This document shows, piece after piece, positions 28,548 to 40,282 of a stretch of DNA of 64,000 bases. Under the pieces are notes generated by a model, which saw only the letters and a list, made by a program, of their open reading frames with translations, searched no databases and had not been told where the DNA came from. The stretch lies in NCBI GenBank assembly GCA_964016885.1, contig OZ024744.1, positions 31,682,001 through 31,746,000 of the forward strand, read 5' to 3'. The DNA is from Eledone cirrhosa (Eukaryota). Numbering within the stretch: the stretch's first letter is position 1; every line of letters begins with the position of its first letter. A program made the position numbers and the translations under genes.

Positions 28548-31151
28548 ATTACAACAACATCCGAATTATATTTGCCAAAAATAGATCAAACTTAACTATG
28601 GATGACATTAATATTATCACGCACGCTAGACAAACACTACTGGAATTTCAGAAGGAATACTGGACCAGAAATACATATAGTAATCTCTTTGATATTACTA
28701 TGGGTTCTAGTGATTCTGCCCAAATTACCGATCTTGTGGGCCCCTTTCTTCTATTTAACATTAATTCATCTTTTCCCTACCTTAAAGGTGGCTTATATCG
28801 TCTTCTTCTTTCCACTAACCTTAGCCTATCAGAAATTGAAAAAATAAAAAACTTATTAGAACTTTCCTCAAAGACTATTACAATCTCACTATTACATTTG
28901 AAAACACCAGTAAAATAGTCAATTTACTAGATATAACTTTAGACTTATCTACGGGTATCTACCAACCTTACCATAAACCTAACGAAAACTTACATTACAT
29001 ACACTCACAATCCAATCACCCTAGATCTATCCTTAAAAACCTAGCATATAATATCTCACTCAGAGTCTCTAACCTTTCATCTAACCAGGATGTATTCGAT
29101 AAAAACGCGCCCTTTTATAACGAAGCTTTAGCTAGAAGCGGCCACAAAAACAAATTAGTCTATATACCTTGCACCAATAATACTTCAAACATACAACCCA
29201 ATATTACCAACAAACACCAAATGAAAAACCCACACCTAAATGCCACTCATGCTACACCCAAAAATACAAACCTAAAACTTAATTTCTCTACCTCTTCTCA
29301 CATAAAATATAATTACATTCAAAAAACCATTCATCCTAATACTCCAATATATGTTAACATTACTAACAAAATTCCTAATAATCAGACGAAAACACCTAAA
29401 TCAGTTAATCTAACTAAACTTATATATAATAAATTCACTAATAGTAACTCTCTTAGTAAACATCCTGATACATCGTATAAATATAAAAAACAATATCGAA
29501 ACCGTAATAGACGGGTTACTTGGTATAATGCTCCATTTAATCTACAAATTAAAGATAATATCCCTAAAAAATGTTTTACTATCCTTGAGAAAAACTTCCC
29601 GCCAAACCATAAATACCATCAAATTTTAAATAGATCAACTGTCAAATTTTCCTACTTCACTACCAAAAATATACAACAAAATATAAGTGCGTACAACGCA
29701 TATAAATGTAAAAACCCCACGAATATACCACCAACACATCAAACCAACCATAATACTAAAATAAACCGCAACAAACCACCATCTCCTTCACCTATAACAA
29801 GTCGAGTAAATTCCACACCAAATTTGACTAACTCCCCTGATATAATATTCACGAATGGTTGTAACTGTAGAATCAAAAGAAATTGCCCATTAAAGGAAAA
29901 TTGTCTTATTAATAACATAGTCTATAAATGTAAAATTAGCACTAAGGACTCCACTTATTCATATGTAGGAGCTACGTCTAACCAATTTAAAGTAAGATTT
30001 AATACCCACAAACATATTTTTTATAATGCTGCATTAGCTAATACAACATCCTTGGCTGAAACAATTAATAATTATAGAAAGAAGAATATCGATTACAACC
30101 TGAGCTGGAGTGTGCTCAAAAGGGCCACCCCTTATCAAAATAACAGATACGAGTGTATATTATGCTCCCAGGAACTTTTTGAAATCATGAAATCTAAGGA
30201 TATCCTATTAAATAAGCGACAGGAATTAATTATATCTTGCAATCATAGAATTAGAAGAACCTTCAAATATTATAAACCTAATTAATATACACCTTACACT
30301 TATATTTTACATATTATTATAATTAGTTTTTTTAAATTTAGTTAACCTATAATTAGTACTTTACTACAGAGAACTTCATAATTTTATTTCCCTCTTACAG
30401 CTCTCTTTTCCTAAAATTAATACCTAAAAGTATACCTATAAATTAATTTAATTTCATGTTATGAATCTAGATTCCTTATAGTTTATATAAGATTGGTATT
30501 TCTCACTACTACCCTTATCCCAAAATTTTACTTTCCTTCGTTTTTAACAACACTCTTTAATAACATTTAATTCTTAGTTATCACATTCATATAAATTAAT
30601 ATAAATTTATCCCTATAAGTATACCTATCAATCAATTTAATTTCTTGTTATAGATCTAGATCCTTGTGGTTTAAATACGATTGGTATTTCTCACTAATAC
30701 CCTCACCCTAAAATTTTATTTTCCTTCGTTTTTAACATTATTCTTTAATAACATCAAATGTTCGTGTACTCTTCACTGGCTTGACCTCTTTTCACCCCCA
30801 AAGTATTCTTTTCATTCAAAGTATTCTTTCCATTCAAAACATAAGTCTGCACTCCTCTACCCCTAAATTAAATTTCTACTACTACTATTCTATCAACTTG
30901 ACCTCTAACTACTTTTCTATTGGTCAATTCAAAATCTGTTCCCAAACAGACCTTTTATATTAAATCTTTGTTGATTTTTTTCAATAAACAAATCTCATCA
31001 TTTCTGAAGACAGCATATATATATTCCCTCAGATAGTTTATAATATTTTTACATAGATCTATATGATATACATACCAACACACATATACATCCTAGAAAC
31101 GATAGTAAAATGATGAAATGTTTAATATAAGGAAGTTGTTCTTTGTTTTTA

Positions 31152-31155
<4 letters not shown>
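28548..31155 (+). mobile_element. 5'-truncated Nematis/Neptune-type PLE (RT catalytic DD deleted; linker; GIY-YIG; 3' UTR/pLTR)
   Basis: FDITMGSSDSAQITDLVG..GGLYR (DD missing); ORF 29221-30285 CNCRIKRNCPLKENCL..YVGATSNQFKVRFNTH. Confidence 0.88.
30995..31116 (+). ncRNA. Type I hammerhead with an ~85-nt stem II region
   Basis: tcatcattt CTGAAGA ... GAAA cgatag TA aaatgatga (9-bp stem I); sister copies at ~31435 and ~61858 read GAAA cgatcg TA. Confidence 0.7.
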
Positions 31156-31203
<48 letters not shown>

Positions 31204-31208
<5 letters not shown>

Positions 31209-31510
31209 TAATAAAAAGAATGAATAAAAACAAAGAACAAGTTCCTTATATTAAAAAAATCATCATTTTACGATCGTTTCTAGGATATATATGTGTGTTG
31301 GTATGTATATCATATAGATCTATGTAAAAATATTACAAACTATCAGAAGAAGGTATGTATATTTCTTCTGATAGTTTGTAATATTTTTACATAGATCTAT
31401 ATGATATACATACCAACACACATATACATCCTAGAAACGATCGTAAAATGCTGATTTTTTTAATATAAGGAACTTGTTCTTTGTTTTTATTCATTGTTTT
31501 TATTAATTTA
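31204..31510. repeat. Palindrome of pLTR sequence (~145-bp arms)
   Basis: Arms reverse-complementary around 31351-31361. Confidence 0.88.
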
Positions 31511-31628
31511 TCTTGACTCTGTTTTCCTGTGATTTTCATCGAAAACTTTTGAATGCATTTTCTCTTTTCATGATATTTGGATTACATTGAGTTCTTCATA
31601 CGGATTGGACACTACCGTATATTTTGGT

Positions 31629-31714
<86 letters not shown>

Positions 31715-32330
31715 TTAGCCCGAGAAAATATCTATGTGTGTCATCAAACGTTGTACACACATAGATATTTTTTCAAGTTCCAATTGAGTTCTAGTACGTG
31801 GCCTGAATTCCTTTTAGAATTCATAGCCCGGCGTATGTATTGTTTTTTTTTTTGCGGTAATTTACTTCCTCATTTTTGAATCAGTTTGAGTATTTCTTTA
31901 GAACTGCTGGAGTAGCAACCTAACAGATACCTCAGGCACTGATGGTGATTATCGCTAAATACTGATGTTGATTAGATTATCAATATTAGTATTATTGGGC
32001 ACCCACTGATGAATTTTAAGAGCCCACTTGAATATATATCTGTTGATTTTATACAAGCTCCTACATAAATTGGTATAATTTCACCCAAATTGTAGAAATC
32101 TTATAATGAAACGAGACGTCCGTCTGGGAAGAGATATATTCGATATATCTCATAAGAAATAATACAGCCAATTTTCCACACAATACATTTAGTTAGCACC
32201 CCGAACGTTTAATTAGGAATATACTCACTTATTTCCTAATGTTTGTTGATTGAGTTGGAATTTGGCCTGAGTATCGCAAAAAAGCTTTCTCCGATAATGT
32301 ATTTATTTATATATATATATATATGATACA

Positions 32331-33775
32331 TTAGAAGGCCAAGACTAAACAGAAAGAATGAATGGAATAACAACAACACCCAAACAAACAACACTGACCT
32401 AAGAGAAGTATAAATAAATAAATATATACATACACAAGCACAATAACAACAAACACATATAAACACACACTAGTAAAGATAGAACACAGTCACCCAATCA
32501 CGAACACACATCAAACAAAACACTATACACACACACAAACGTATGCACAAAGAAGACAAAATAAAATAAACAAACAAACAAATAAATAAATAAATATATA
32601 GACAGACTAAATAAAAATGGCGTAGACATACAATGTAACGGGAGGAAACAATAGCACCACTGACGATGTTGCAGATGTGCAACGAAAGAACTTTGATAAA
32701 CTATATATATGTGTTTGTGTCTATATTGTATCTGTATTATTTTTGACCGTCAGTAGGCCAATGGCAACATTGAGGACCGAATAAATTAAATTAGATTACC
32801 GATATAAAAGACACAAGCGAAAAGCGAAAACCAACCAAACTGGGTGTGTTCTGTTATTAATTCTGGCAATATTACACAAATATGACCCTGCCCAAGTATA
32901 ACAATATTTGTTTCGACACACGATTTCATATAAAAAACCTCGCAAAACTAATTTATCGCCGTTATGGCATTAGCTTGTGCCAAGCTGAAAGGTTATTGAA
33001 AGACATTGTTTTCTGTTATATAAAAACTACAATAACAACAGAACAAATCCGCTTCTTAAAACACTGTGTTTCCTCCAAAATATACACAACAAACATATCA
33101 AAACAAGTAAATAATTTATTATTGAACAAAGCACAAGCTGAACGACTAAAACACACAATAACAGTTAATATGAAAAGAACAACATACACAAAAGTCAACG
33201 AACTTTACAGACAGAAACGCATTAACGGTAAGGAAGTCCAAAATCTCACCACACCAAACGAAAGGGATGACTTCATGAGCGTCATCCGACGCGAAACGAA
33301 ATACGCCCGAAACGAATGCTGTAGGCATTTCAATAAGAAATTAGAATGGATGAATAAGAAAAAACTACAAGAAAGGAAAATAGAATATTCTCAAAAATAC
33401 CCAGATAACATCAACAATATCCGTATGACTGATGTAGAACTACCTGAAGAATTTACCAATGACCACACAGTAAATATTTATGGGAACACTTTAATCAGTG
33501 AACAAGAACAACAAATCCTGCAGCTACCACCAAAATTTGCCATCTACAAAAAGATTAACCCTATTGAGTGCAAAACGGAGCTGGAAAAGTGTTTCACAAA
33601 AATACGTTGGAGTGCAAAAGTAAACAACAACAACAACAATAATAACGGTAGTAGTAATATAAACAATAACTCTGAGTATAGAAATAACAGCCATAACAAT
33701 AACAATAGCAGGAGAGTGAGAAATAGTAATAATGGTAATAATACTAACGATGGACAGAACAACAACAACAACCAC

Positions 33776-33812
<37 letters not shown>

Positions 33813-36579
33813 GAAACATTAACCACAGACACAGCAGCAGCGACCACAGTAGTAATAACGGTAACAATACGAACAACAACAACAATAACCACAGTGGTAA
33901 TAATGGAAATAATACATGTAGCAACATTAATGAAAGACAACAAAAACAAGAAACATAATAAAAGTAACAACCACAATGGTAGAAATAGCAGTAACAACAA
34001 GAATAACGGTGAAGTAAACAACAATACATCTAGCAATCATAACAATAATAATAATGCTAATGATAGGAACAACAACAACCACCAAGATAACAATAATAGC
34101 AACACACACAACTATGACGATAGATATAATGACAACCCCTTAGAGAAACTATTTTTCAACCCAGCTGACAAAACATATAAGATGGGTAATATCTATCCTA
34201 CGAGGTTACCCTTTAATAAAAGAGTTTGCATACCACAACAAATAGATGACGAGACAGAGGCACAGTTCACCATAGCTAGAAATAAGATTAGACAAATAGT
34301 AGACCGGTATACTAAGAGACAGAGCAGACCAGAGGCCCAACAACTTGGGAGGAAACCTGTAGAAGGCTTGGTTAGCCTCAAGCAGCGCACAAGGGATGGT
34401 GAGGTAGTATGTCTACCCACGGATAAGTCTGGTAGGATGTCAATAGATAGCATGCCGAACTACATCAAGGCTATGCAACCCCACATCACCAACACGAGCG
34501 AAATTGCACAGCAAACACATGATGTGAGAGAGAAAATCCTCAACGCTCACATGATGATGTGGACTGACATCCTAAAGCCAAGCAGACGCACTGCCAACAA
34601 CTTCCAGGCGTCTAACAATGGCATACCACCCTTGTATGGGCTCCGCAAAGACCACAAGACAGTCGACGACCCGACAACAGGACCACCAACAAGACCCGTA
34701 TGCGGAGCTAATATAGCTAGCAACTACAGGATCTCCTACTTACTCTCAATGGTTATACGCCCCATAATCAAGATGTCCCCAGATGTATGTGACAGTACAG
34801 AGGGCCTCCTCAGCAGAATCAGTGAGTGCAACAAAAACAGGAACCTATCCAACTGCATAATAGGCAGCATGGATGTGGTATCACTGTACCCATCCATTAA
34901 CATTGATTTTGCTGTGGAAAAATGTGTGGAGTTGATCATTGAGAGTGAGGTGGAGTTCTGCGACGTCGACACAGACGAACTGGGCCTCCTACTTAGACTT
35001 ACTTACGACACTGACTACCTAGACAGCCATGACCTTAGACGTTTCTGCCCTAATAGACCCATAAGAGGTAGACCCCCACCATAACCTCAATAGCAAAAAA
35101 GACTCCCATGGGAAGGTGGATTGGGTGGACCAAAGCTATACGGACCCCCCAAAACAATGATCAGGTAAGAAAAATGGTCGCACATGCAATAGGGGCTAGT
35201 ATCAAAACTACCCTAAAGGGCCTCATATTCAAGTTCAACGAGAAGATCTACACCCAAAATGAGGGAGCAGCCATTGGCGTCAGCATAGCTGGTGATGTTG
35301 CCAAACTTTTCATGGTATGGTGGGAAAGGAGACTTAAAGATCTCCTTAATGAGAGCTCCATAGACCTCATCATGTACTCTCGTCACGTAGACGATATCAA
35401 TATAGTTATAAGAACATCCCCACTAGAGAGCACTAACAAGTTTGATTTAGAACGTAGCACAATGGAAAGCATCCAGCAGATAGCTAATTCCATACACCAG
35501 AGTATAACTGTAATTATCGACTTCCCTTCCAAACACCCTAACAATAGACTGCCTGTATTAGACAGGGAACTCTGGATTAACACTATAGACGAGAGAGCCC
35601 AAATTCTCCACTCACACTATGCTAAACCCATGGATACTCAAAAACACAGCAATGTCCAGTAGTGCTAAGTTTAATATTCTGATCGCAGATTTGGTACGAG
35701 TGATGAAGAATGTGTCCCGCATGTGCGACCCAACAGAAATGGAAAGACACATCCAACACTTCATCAACCGCATGCAGTTCTCTGGCTACAACCAAAGAGA
35801 CAGAGTCAGAGTATACGAAGGAGCCATGGAGAAGTATAGAACTGGACATGAAAGGAATTTGCCCATTATATAGGAGCAAATCATCGAATAGCTTAGATAG
35901 GGCTAGACATAAGATAGAGAAAGCCACCTCATGGTACAACCAGAGATACCAGAGTGTCATGTTTGTGGACGCTACCCCTGGAGGGAAATTAGCTAACCAG
36001 TGTAGAAAGGCCCTGAGAAAGACCCACTTAAAGATTAAGGTGGTAGAAAAGCCAGGAACCACCATAAAATCCCTGATCAGCAAAACCTACCCCTTTAAGA
36101 AAACCCACTGTACTAATAGGAAATGTATCATATGTAAGGTAAACCCCCGGATAAACTGTAAAACTAGAAACGTAGTCTATAGCATAAGATGTACAGAGGG
36201 TACTTGCAGAAACATGACAACAACATACATAGGTGAGACAGCTCGTAGCATAGGTGAAAGGATAGACCAACACTGGGTGGAACTAAAAGGACGAAAAAAC
36301 GGGTCAGTACTATACGAACATGCCACACAACAACACGACGGTAACATAGACAACATAGAAATTAGAATAATATCTAAACATAGAAATGACCCAACAGATA
36401 GGCAAATCATAGAGGCCAGTGAAATAGAATTTAGAAGGCCAAGACTAAACAGAAAGAATGAATGGAATAACAACAACACCCAAACAAACAACACTGACCT
36501 AAGAGAAGTATAAATAAATAAATAAATACATACACAAGCACAATAACAACAAACACATATAAACACACACTAGTAAAGA
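32331..36579 (+). mobile_element. Near full-length PLE with upstream partial tandem (pLTR); frameshifted
   Basis: ORFs 32882-36513: LPTDKSGR, MDVVSLYPSI, GAAIGVSIAGDVA, SRHVDD, CTNRKCIIC, YIGETARSIGERIDQH; 32331-32479 directly repeats 36431-36579. Confidence 0.93.
32658..32695 (+). ncRNA. Hammerhead-like motif in pLTR (copy at ~42470-42507)
   Basis: ca CTGACGA t gttgca gatg tgcaac GAAA gaac TT tg; homologous to 12213-12255 with compensatory stem II changes. Confidence 0.65.
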
Positions 36580-36643
36580 GCGTGAAATTAAATTAATAAA
36601 CCTTTGTTCGTACTGCCTCTCTGTTTTGTTCCTGTTCAATTTT

Positions 36644-36741
<98 letters not shown>

Positions 36742-36788
36742 TACAATGATATTAAATAAATGGAAACTATATTTATAAAACCATATTT

Positions 36789-36848
36789 ATTCTATTATAT
36801 ATATTTCAAGGGTACCAAAAATTTTGGTACGCTATCATCAGATAAGGT
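36789..36848 (-). ncRNA. Type I hammerhead in solo pLTR (36745-36920)
   Basis: Minus strand ttat CTGATGA tag c gtacca..tggtac c ctt GAAA tatata TA atag. Confidence 0.7.
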
Positions 36849-37709
36849 ACGAAGTGTGTTTTATAAATTTTGACATAACCAAGCCAAGGATAATGTACCT
36901 TAACGGTTCAAGTTATCCTTGGATATATATATATGTATGTCAGTATATATATATATATACTGACATACATACATATATTTATCTATTGGCGTGCGTACGC
37001 GTTGTTCTCCTTATGTATGCATGTGTGTATATGTATGTGTGTATGTACGTGTGTGTGCGTGTGTGTATGTGTGTGTGTGTGTGTGTATGCCCGTGTTTGT
37101 GTGTGTGTGTGTGCGTGTGTGTTTGTGTATGTGTGTATGTGTGTGTGTATGTATGCGCGTGTTTTGTGTGTGAGTATCTATGCGCGTGTTTTGTGTGTGT
37201 GTGTGTGTGTGCGCGCGCGCGAGTGTGTGCGTGTACACATGTGCATGCGTCTATGTGTGTGTGCCTGTTTGTCTGTCTGTATGCGATAGTGTGCGTGAGT
37301 TTAATGTGTGTGTGTATGTCAGTGTGCGTTTCTGATTAAGTATACGTCTGGAAAATATGTTAGTTTTATGTTGTGTGGTTTGCCGCACCTTTCTAATGCT
37401 CTGTGTCAGTCTAGTGGCAGAAATAGACTCACATTAATGGTCTCAAGTACAAGCGGGGAGCTGAGCTGAGCTTTCAATCTTATTTCTTTATCTATTCATT
37501 TATTTATTACAGAAGCCCCTATCGTAGTGAGGGGCCCGGATTAATTTGTCTTGTGTTAGAGTATTAGTTATGGGTGAATAAACAACAGAGACTATATATA
37601 TAGCTAAGGCGTATCTGTGTTGTTGTCAGTGAGGTGACTGAAATAATATTAAAGAGGAGCATCACTAATGAAAGCTGATGATGTGAGTCCCTCCTATATA
37701 TATACATAT

Positions 37710-37753
<44 letters not shown>

Positions 37754-37768
37754 ATATATATAAAATAA

Positions 37769-37840
<72 letters not shown>

Positions 37841-37851
37841 ATATATATAAA

Positions 37852-37931
<80 letters not shown>

Positions 37932-38009
37932 TTTATATTTATTTATTTATTTATATATATATATAAAGAGCTACATTTAAATATATATGTTTGATATATA
38001 TATATATAT

Positions 38010-38356
38010 ATCAAACATATATTTAAATGTAGCTGTTTTTACAAAACGGTTATTTTTTTCCATTTCAGGTAGACGCGCTCCATTATCCACTTTTCTAAAA
38101 AACAAATCATACACAAAACCAGCACCAACAATTTTCCAAGAGATGTCAACATGAATGGACTTGTTATTTTTATCTAAAGACATTTTTTACAATTCCAACC
38201 CGCCCGTCCCCTCAATCTATCTTACTTCTCGTTCTTTCTTCTGATGAAGGACTAACGTCCGAAACGTTAAGACCCTCTTCCTGCTATATCAACCGTAAAC
38301 CTAATATATTCCTTCCATATACTATACCGATTGTGTTGTTATTTCTGATTACCTTT

Positions 38357-38360
<4 letters not shown>
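38010..38360 (+). mobile_element. ~350-bp non-coding hammerhead-bearing element between (TA)n tracts; second copy on minus strand 41937-42268
   Basis: Two alignable copies sharing the 3' end ttaccttttaca-(TA)n. Confidence 0.75.
38237..38272 (+). ncRNA. Minimal hammerhead motif
   Basis: tctt CTGATGA a ggac taac gtcc GAAA cg TT aaga. Confidence 0.68.
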
Positions 38361-38404
<44 letters not shown>

Positions 38405-38460
38405 ATTTTGTTATTTATTAAAATAACAGATTAAAGTCTAAGCAAAGAATCGCGGCTTTC

Positions 38461-38493
38461 AACCTTGATGAGGGGCTTAGCCCGAAACGTCGT
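38461..38493 (+). ncRNA. Minimal hammerhead motif with a one-base core defect
   Basis: aac cTTGATGA g gggc tta gccc GAAA cg TC gtt. Confidence 0.6.
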
Positions 38494-38585
38494 TCCTCCC
38501 ACTCTCAAGAGCGTGAACCTAATAAACTTTTATTTGTCCTGCCTCTCTGTTTTTGTTCCCGTCCAAGTTTTCACTATATATATAT

Positions 38586-38780
38586 ATAGGAAAAAGTATG
38601 ACCCCGACGGCAGAGCTCAAGCCGTTTCGACGGCTATTTCTGTGTCCAGAAATAGCCGTCGAAACGGCTTGAACTCTGCCGTCGGGGTCATACTTTTTCC
38701 TATTACCCACTCTACTACCACAAGTATCGAGTGCTCTGGTGCGTTATGGTCCATCTGGTTCCTTACCACAATTCCTTCGT
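38586..38780 (+). mobile_element. pLTR end with fold-back hairpin (38586-38703); relatives at 6781-6830, 41671-41889, 44280-44400
   Basis: GAAA cggc..gccg TC (3' half of a hammerhead) followed by ttttcctattacccactc. Confidence 0.7.
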
Positions 38781-38854
38781 TATATATATATATATATAGT
38801 GATAATAACGAAACATAAAGTCCATTGCATGACTCAACTCATAATCCTTTATTT

Positions 38855-38910
38855 ACTGCTATATATATTTCGATGATAGCCATTGAATGTCTTTGACCTC
38901 ATCAAGCAGT
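38855..38910 (-). ncRNA. Type I hammerhead with C3>U change
   Basis: Minus strand actgc TTGATGA g..c GAAA tatata TA gcagt. Confidence 0.62.
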
Positions 38911-38969
38911 TAGTCAGTTCTTAGATATGCCAGCTCTGTGTTTTTGGTGTTGATGGTTTCAGAGCCTTG

Positions 38970-39125
<156 letters not shown>

Positions 39126-39436
39126 TTATTAAAATAACAGATTAAAGTTTAAGCAAAGAATCGCTGCTTTCACCATTAACGGGATCTTCTGAAACTAACA
39201 AAGTCAATCTGTAAACGCAGAAGTGGATATTTCAAAAAACGTTGCAACCGGAGGAAGACAGGAAGACGATACTTTGGTTCGTGGAAACGTTCCCTGGCAA
39301 AGAACGGGGGAAAACGAATATAATACGTCATTAATAAATATTTGCTCTACGGTTCTTATATATTTGATATATATTTATCCTTATCGAGCCCTCTCTGGAT
39401 TTTAATCTTCAAATTTATTATTATTACTATTATATT

Positions 39437-39509
<73 letters not shown>

Positions 39510-39512
<3 letters not shown>

Positions 39513-39945
39513 CTTCCCTTGCTTTTATCGAGAATCTAATTGTAATACGTGACGTATTCTATTCTATAGCGATTAGGTCTTCAAAATGTTTATTATAAAC
39601 ATACAGAATATTTTCGAATATTCTATGTCTATATTCACATATATATCGCTATTTCAGAGCATTTATTCCAATTTCTAATTTCTGCCGGACCGGCAACCGC
39701 TCTTTCAAACCAGTTCCTGTACACAGCTAAGTATTCTATAAGTCTCTAGCTGTGTCATTCTCGATAAAAGCACTGGATATGTAGTCCTGAAGATTTCTAA
39801 TAAGAATGAAACGCGTAGATTACTTCCCTTGCTTTTATCGAGAATCTAATTGTAATACGTGACGTATTCTATTCTATAGCGATTAGGTCTTCAAAATGTT
39901 TATTATAAACATACAGAATATTTTCGAATATTCTATGTCTATATT

Positions 39946-39955
<10 letters not shown>
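39510..39955 (+). mobile_element. Retrozyme-like element R2: 310-bp monomer present as ~1.4 tandem units
   Basis: tacttcccttgcttttatcgagaat at 39511 and 39821 (offset 310), repeat ~135 bp long; hammerhead at the junction; no ORF. Confidence 0.85.
39757..39845 (+). ncRNA. Type I hammerhead ribozyme with extended stem I
   Basis: gtagtc CTGAAGA tttc taataa gaat GAAA cgcg TA gattac; attctcgataaaagca/tgcttttatcgagaat 16-bp extension. Confidence 0.85.
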
Positions 39956-39978
<23 letters not shown>

Positions 39979-40165
39979 CACTTTTGCTTGAAGCATTGTT
40001 GCATTTTTCAATAGGAAACACAAATTTAAATAATTTTGAAAACCAAACAATGGACTAGAAAGAAAATTAAATCGCTAAGATAACATATAAATTTTACCAT
40101 GGCAAATATAATGATCCCAAATATTTAAAAAATAGTTTAAAAACCCATTATCATATATATATATA

Positions 40166-40263
40166 GGTTGACTTTGCCTTTCATCCTTACGGGGTCGATA
40201 AAATAAAGTACCAGTAATGCACTGGGTAATTGCTGGCCTTGTGCCTAAAGTGGAAACAATTAT
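40166..40263 (+). mobile_element. SINE 3' half (main family)
   Basis: Consensus match. Confidence 0.8.
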
Positions 40264-40282
40264 CATATATATATATATATGA

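Noticed and set aside
28218-28918. GIY-YIG directly upstream of RT, suggesting a permuted (Naiad/Chlamys-type) PLE
   Set aside because: The endonuclease piece is a C-terminal fragment ending in a stop, and the downstream element has its own C-terminal GIY-YIG; these are two fused fragments
32004-32045. CTGATGA..GAAT hammerhead-like match; similar weak matches at ~2318 and ~50738
   Set aside because: Core mismatches plus poor stem pairing; not distinguishable from chance
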